The notes beneath the pieces are model-generated. The model was given only the letters and a program-made list of their open reading frames with translations. It was not told where the DNA came from and searched no databases. Shown here one piece after another: positions 35,701 to 40,555 of a DNA stretch of 40,555 bases (its first letter is position 1; each line of letters begins with the position of its first letter). The position numbers were made by a program, and so were the translations under genes. The stretch comes from Intoshia linei (taxonomy: Eukaryota; Animalia; Orthonectida), in assembly GCA_001642005.1 (NCBI GenBank), contig LWCA01000202.1:1-40555 (forward strand), given 5' to 3'.

Positions 35701-36080
35701 CAAAAGTAATGATTTAATTCAGATGTGTCAAATTTACTGAACGCTCTTTAGCTGTAGGGTTGGGTTGGATTTTTGTTAGAATTATTGGTAATTAATAAGT
35801 TATAATCTAATAATAAGTAAAATGTATGATACAATATAATGTAGGCACGATTCCTGGTCCAATTGTTTTTGGATCATTGATTGATTTGGCATGTGTTGAA
35901 GTTTTGCCCAACAAGAGTTGTTATTATTATGATAAATCAAAGTTGCAGATAATGACCATATCGATTATTCTCATTCTGCGTATAACTAGTGCAATACTAC
36001 TCCTGCTGGCTGCCAAATCTTACAAAACTCCTGATAAACCAGTAGTAAAATTTGTACTGGAAGACGGAAATGGTGTATAA
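32794..36080 (+). CDS. SLCO: Organic anion transporting polypeptide (OATP/SLCO, SLCO4-like), multi-exon
   Basis: FGYFNWRPEFLQ, ITTLEKTFG, ALPHF, ILDENV, GAWWVGFL, PKILETQF, Kazal-like CNTQCSC...YDPFC...SYCWGGC, MRCV...ERSLAVGL and GTIPGPIVFGSLIDLAC. Confidence 0.95.
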
Positions 36081-36132
36081 GTTTAAAAATAATAATGTAA
36101 TTATCACATTTATGTATAAATATATCACTAGA

Positions 36133-36498
36133 CTATAATAATCGCTGCAAATCATCATCTTCTTGTAACTTTAACACGTCTTCATAACCTCCGACATAAT
36201 TTTGGTTAATATAAATATGGGGTAACTAAACACACATTACATGTCATTTCTATAAGAATAGTACGTCATAATTTCCGTTTTTTTCTTTAAGATACACCAA
36301 GACACCATGTATGCCTTCCGGTATTTCTTGATCACTCAGAGTATCAACGTCATGAACTTTAAAATTTCTTTTTGATATTGTTTTATTATTTATATATATT
36401 TGAAACAATCTTTTAGTTTTAATGCAAATTTCGCATTCGGAATTTGAAATTATCATGACGTTAGTAGCTGCCTTGATCCATTTCTCAACTGTAGACAT
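36133..36498 (-). CDS. Glutaredoxin-like protein, exons 36265-36498 and 36133-36225
   Basis: VMIISNSECEIC (CxxC after strand 1). After splicing a 39-nt intron: YD|LPHIYINQNYVGGYEDVLKLQEDDDLQRLL*, matching the Grx pattern xVPxIFIxGxxIGGxDD. Confidence 0.85.
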
Positions 36499-36924
36499 TT
36501 CAATTTTATGTAATTATTTTTTCTTGTGTAAAAAGTTTTTAATAAATATTTTTATATTTTTCAATTGATGAAATAATTATTGACCTTGAATTTTTTTGCA
36601 CTACTAACCTTGACTATTAACATTAAGTTGAAATGATTGAAAATATAATATTGATCTTACGCTTTCTCAGTCTGTAGACTACATGTTAATCCATTATAGG
36701 TTGAATTATAAATTAATTAACAAGGGTATACTTAAGTGTAATATAGGTTGTTCGATTGGTAGTATCAGTTTTTATTGATTCGTTATCAGGTTAAGTTTAA
36801 AATGGAACATTAATTGATTAATTAATTGAAAATAAAACTTAGTCATAACTTATAAAAAATACATTACACAAGCACAACTATAAATAACCCTGTACATTTA
36901 TTAATATTATATATTAATATTAAT

Positions 36925-38803
36925 TTACATTAAAATTTCTTGATGACAATTATAGCAAAGTAAGATATTTTGTATTGTAGTTTGATTATATAAAATATTT
37001 TGAATGGGATAGCATTTTTCTTTTGTACCCGGGCCTAATTGTTTGTTACATTTTTCGCATTTAAAACATTCAATATGGTAATCTTTGTCGAGTGCTAATA
37101 GACGACTGGGTTTGTTACGATCCATCTAAAATTATTTCAATATCAAAGAAATAATACAGTGGTCACTCAAATATGAGGGTATATAATTTTAACGATTATA
37201 TACGGTTAATAATTAATTAGTTAAATAACCAATCATTAATAATAACATTAATGCAATCAAATTGACATAATGCTTATGAATTTAAAAACCATCCCAGAAT
37301 TTATGTTGTATAAAATTCTAGGACTTTCTTAATTTTTATAAAAAAGGGTAATTTTGGGGTTTGAGCTGTAAAGATATAAGATTTTGAAATTGAAAATTAT
37401 CATAATATTAATGAATTTAAAACTTTTCAAGGTTAAAAACTTTAATTGTCTCTTGTTTTTAAATTCAAACCCGTCCTAAAATTATAAAAAATACACATTC
37501 TAATAAAGACTCAGTTTCTGAAATTAAAATTTGCGATAAAACATCAATCTGGAAAAAATGTTATAGAAATATTAAATTTGTAAAACCCGACTCTTTTACT
37601 TTCTTAAATAAACTGGAAATAATAAATAAATAGACATATATTTTTAAAGTTTTACTTTATATAAGTAAGGATTGCTAAAAAATAAATCTCAATTTAATTT
37701 TATTTAAATTTTTGAAAACACCTTGGGAAATAATATTTTTTATTACTCCATGATCCATAATCTCAAATTTTTTATGACTACCAAATATTTTTCATAACCG
37801 CCAAAAACCGAAGGTCCATATAAAACCGTTTGGCGATCTCTGATCGATTTCATATCGTAAACCCACAATTTTTTAGTATCACGAACATAAAAATATTGAA
37901 AATAAAATTATTTTTGAAAAATGAGTTACAAACAACACATTCTAACATGATTTATTCATTTATGAAATAAAATTACCAATTTGGGTATTATTGGTTCTTT
38001 ACATTTAAAACATTTTGGAGCAAATTTTCTAAATCATTAATTAATTGATAATTACAATTATTTTATATCAAAGATGATGAAAATACGATTCAGAAATAGT
38101 CAGAGAACAAAAAATTAGTATTCGTCTCATGATTGGACTTTCTCCTAAGATTTCGCAAAATTAATTTTTTTTAACAAAATATTGATAAAAATGGATTTTG
38201 TAAGTGAAATATGGTTGAATTGATATATTTTTCTATATATTATATAAAGTATTTATTGACCCTTTAGCTCACCAGTTACTGAATTACATAACTGAAAAGT
38301 ACTGGTATTATTTATAAAATAATCAAGGATTCCAGTCATTCTTTGGTTTGGTGTCCACTAGACACTGCATAATCGAACCTACCATTGTAACAACACATAA
38401 ATCAAAAATAGACCGTAATTGTATGCCATATTAACATGCCATATAGTCCTAATCACTTCTCCATGGACTGAATTTGAAAGTTACAATATTAATAATTATA
38501 ATTTTTTTTTAAAATGCTCAATTTGGAAAAATATATAATTTAGGTCGAAACCATTATAAATGGTTTCGGTACGGTAGGATCGGTTGTGCACGTATGTATT
38601 AAATTTATTTTATGAATCAAATAAAATTTAATACTAGTTAATAATAAATAACTACAAACATGTAAAATATACAAATGAAAATCATATTCACAGTAAACGG
38701 TGGATTGTTTATCGAACGTAAACTGCTTTCCATCCAAAAGACAATTGCATACAGTGCACCTGAAGCAATTTTGGTGGTATGTTTTTCCAAGACCCCACAG
38801 GAC
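36925..38803 (-). CDS. 3' exons (LIM2-LIM3) of an Ajuba/LIMD1/WTIP-zyxin family protein: 38673-38803, 37977-38028, 36925-37125; 5' exons not found in this window
   Basis: LGKTYHQNCFRCTVCNCLLDG..FT.D....YCEYDFH|KFAPKC..C.EPIIP|...RLLALDKDYHIECFKCEKC...L......CYP....LC..CH. Confidence 0.9.
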
Positions 38804-38890
38804 CTAATTTTAAAATAATTAATTTTTGACTACATTAAAATTTGTATATTTTAAATATATTATAGCCAAAGCCATGTAGAGGGGCTAAGG

Positions 38891-39304
38891 CAGTGGTGGG
38901 CGAACTTATTGATATGCGGGCCACATTGAACATGCATAATTATGTCGCGGGCCGCACAAATTTCGTGAATACACATGGAACAATTTAAATTAATGAAATT
39001 ATATTTTGGCTTGTAAATTTGATTTCTTTTTTTAAATATTAAAGTGTCAAAATTCTATTTGAATAATTAACAATTATTATTTTTGGAGTGCATTTTAATT
39101 ATTAATTGTGTTTATTATTAAGTATCAAAATTGTACGTATTTATTATTATATCTATGCAAACAATAATAAAATAAAATACAATACAATTATACAATGTAA
39201 ACAATCAAATTTCAAAATTTGAATCTAAATATAAATATAAGTATTAAGCATGATCTCGCGGGCTACGCAATAGTAGCTCGTGGGCCGTAGTTTGGCCACC
39301 ACTG
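38891..39304. mobile_element. hAT (Buster/Charlie-like) MITE, 414 bp
   Basis: TIR cagtggtgggcgaact / agtttggccaccactg; subterminal gcgggcc motifs; 8-bp TSD ggctaagg / ggctaggg with central TA. Confidence 0.92.
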
Positions 39305-39476
39305 GGCTAGGGGCATATTTCCCAGGCCTACAATCATGAGGGCCTATTTTTTAAATTTATTAATAGGTAATGTTGGAAAATTTTTTAATTATACCAAAAT
39401 TATCGTATAATAAGCTGTTCTATTAACAATCCAATCAGTTATTGTTAATTTCTAGATAATGAACGATCGATTAAAC

Positions 39477-39545
39477 CAGCGGTTCTCAACCTTTTTCAGG
39501 CCATGGCCCAAAAACATTTTGTCTAAAATTTCATGGCTCACCTTA
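39477..39545 (+). mobile_element. Orphan left end of a Charlie-like hAT element
   Basis: cagcggttctcaaccttttt preceded by gattaaac (central TA). No matching right end in the window. Confidence 0.6.
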
Positions 39546-39694
39546 GAAAACTTAAAAATATCTACTTTTATTTACAGTAAAATGCTTTATTTATTTAAAT
39601 TTATATTAGTTAGTGACTGCCTTCGCATTGGTGTTTGTTGCACAATAAATCTTAATCAATTTCTATTAGTTTATTCAATCTTAATCGCTATTTT

Positions 39695-40555
39695 GGTGTG
39701 TGGACAAAATGTCCTAGGGACATAATGTCTCAGACTGTGCTTGATTTATAAAATAAATGAATTTTTATACTACTGATAATTTTATAAGGGTGTCTACTTA
39801 AATCCGACCATTTTTACTAAAATTTTTAATAATGTCCTAGGGACATAATGTCCCTAAAATGAATTATTTGTTAATTATAAAATAATAATGTAACAAATTG
39901 TTATACAGAATTAATTTAACAGTTTCTATAGTTCCCATAAAAATAAATGTATATTAAGTTAATTGACTATTAAAATATCGCAGAGGATTTATTATCATTC
40001 ATTAACCGCGTTTTTTTAAATTTAATAATTTATAGAAAATGTAATATTATTGATAACAAAAATTAAATTATTTTTAGCTAAATGGAAATATTGAAATCAC
40101 AAAAAGGTACACTGATTTTTGCATTAAATAGTTATCTTTTTACAATCCAAAGACAGAAAGATAACTATTCATTGGAGGTGTAGAGTTCGAAGTTGTAGAT
40201 CTCATGCAATAACAAATATAAATTTGAATTGCTTAGATGATAGTTTTTTGAAAGAAATTACTGAACACAACCATCAAATTACTGATCCTTTGGAAATAAG
40301 TAGATTGAAAAAGAGGAATGATATGAAAAGGAAATGCATTGAAGCAGTTACAGAGAGTCCGTTATCTACTGTTACTGATATTATGTCTGGTGATCCAAGA
40401 TATTATTATATGTACAGGAATGGAGAATGCATTAACTAAAATGATACGGAGGTATAGGGCTCCGCTGGTGAATTTAGAATCTATTGCACATCCTGATTTC
40501 GCAATTGATGAAAAATTAAAAATATCAAAAAGGAAAGAACAGTTTTATAGGTATG
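39695..40555 (+). mobile_element. Mutator-like (MULE) element left end with FLYWCH-type transposase pseudogene, cut by the window edge
   Basis: Repeated ggaca(a/t)aatgtcc palindromes (39702, 39718, 39841). From ATG 40082: MEILKSQKG...NSYLF, then a frameshift, then WRCRVRSC...EHNH, a FLYWCH zinc-finger pattern. Confidence 0.75.

Overview
Very AT-rich, highly compact eukaryotic (almost certainly metazoan) DNA. Most spliceosomal introns are about 31-46 nt, and intergenic gaps are as short as 34 bp. This style resembles reduced parasitic animal genomes such as orthonectids, but that is inference only. Fifteen protein-coding genes can be reconstructed by splicing, mostly on alternating strands: PGK(+), RPS11(-), TAF8(+), an intronless 7TM protein(-), ENY2/Sus1(+), OSTC/DC2(-), an intronless TOR4A-like torsin(+), RFC2(+), coronin(-), NUP93(+), AP-3 mu(-), PPIL1(+), an OATP/SLCO transporter(+), a glutaredoxin(-) and the 3' part of an Ajuba/LIMD1/zyxin-family LIM gene(-). 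Many of the longer introns and both window ends carry DNA-transposon relics: a full-length dead mariner plus a second fragment, several hAT MITEs with 8-bp TSDs, a CGGBP1-like hAT, other MITEs and a FLYWCH/MULE pseudogene. I see no unambiguous new multi-gene system. The best leads are a probable pseudo-ATPase torsin sharing a 72-bp divergent interval with OSTC, a palindromic two-way poly(A) signal between PGK and RPS11, a GC-rich structured insert in an ENY2 intron, an antisense ORF nested in a PGK intron, and stop-free 3n mini-introns.
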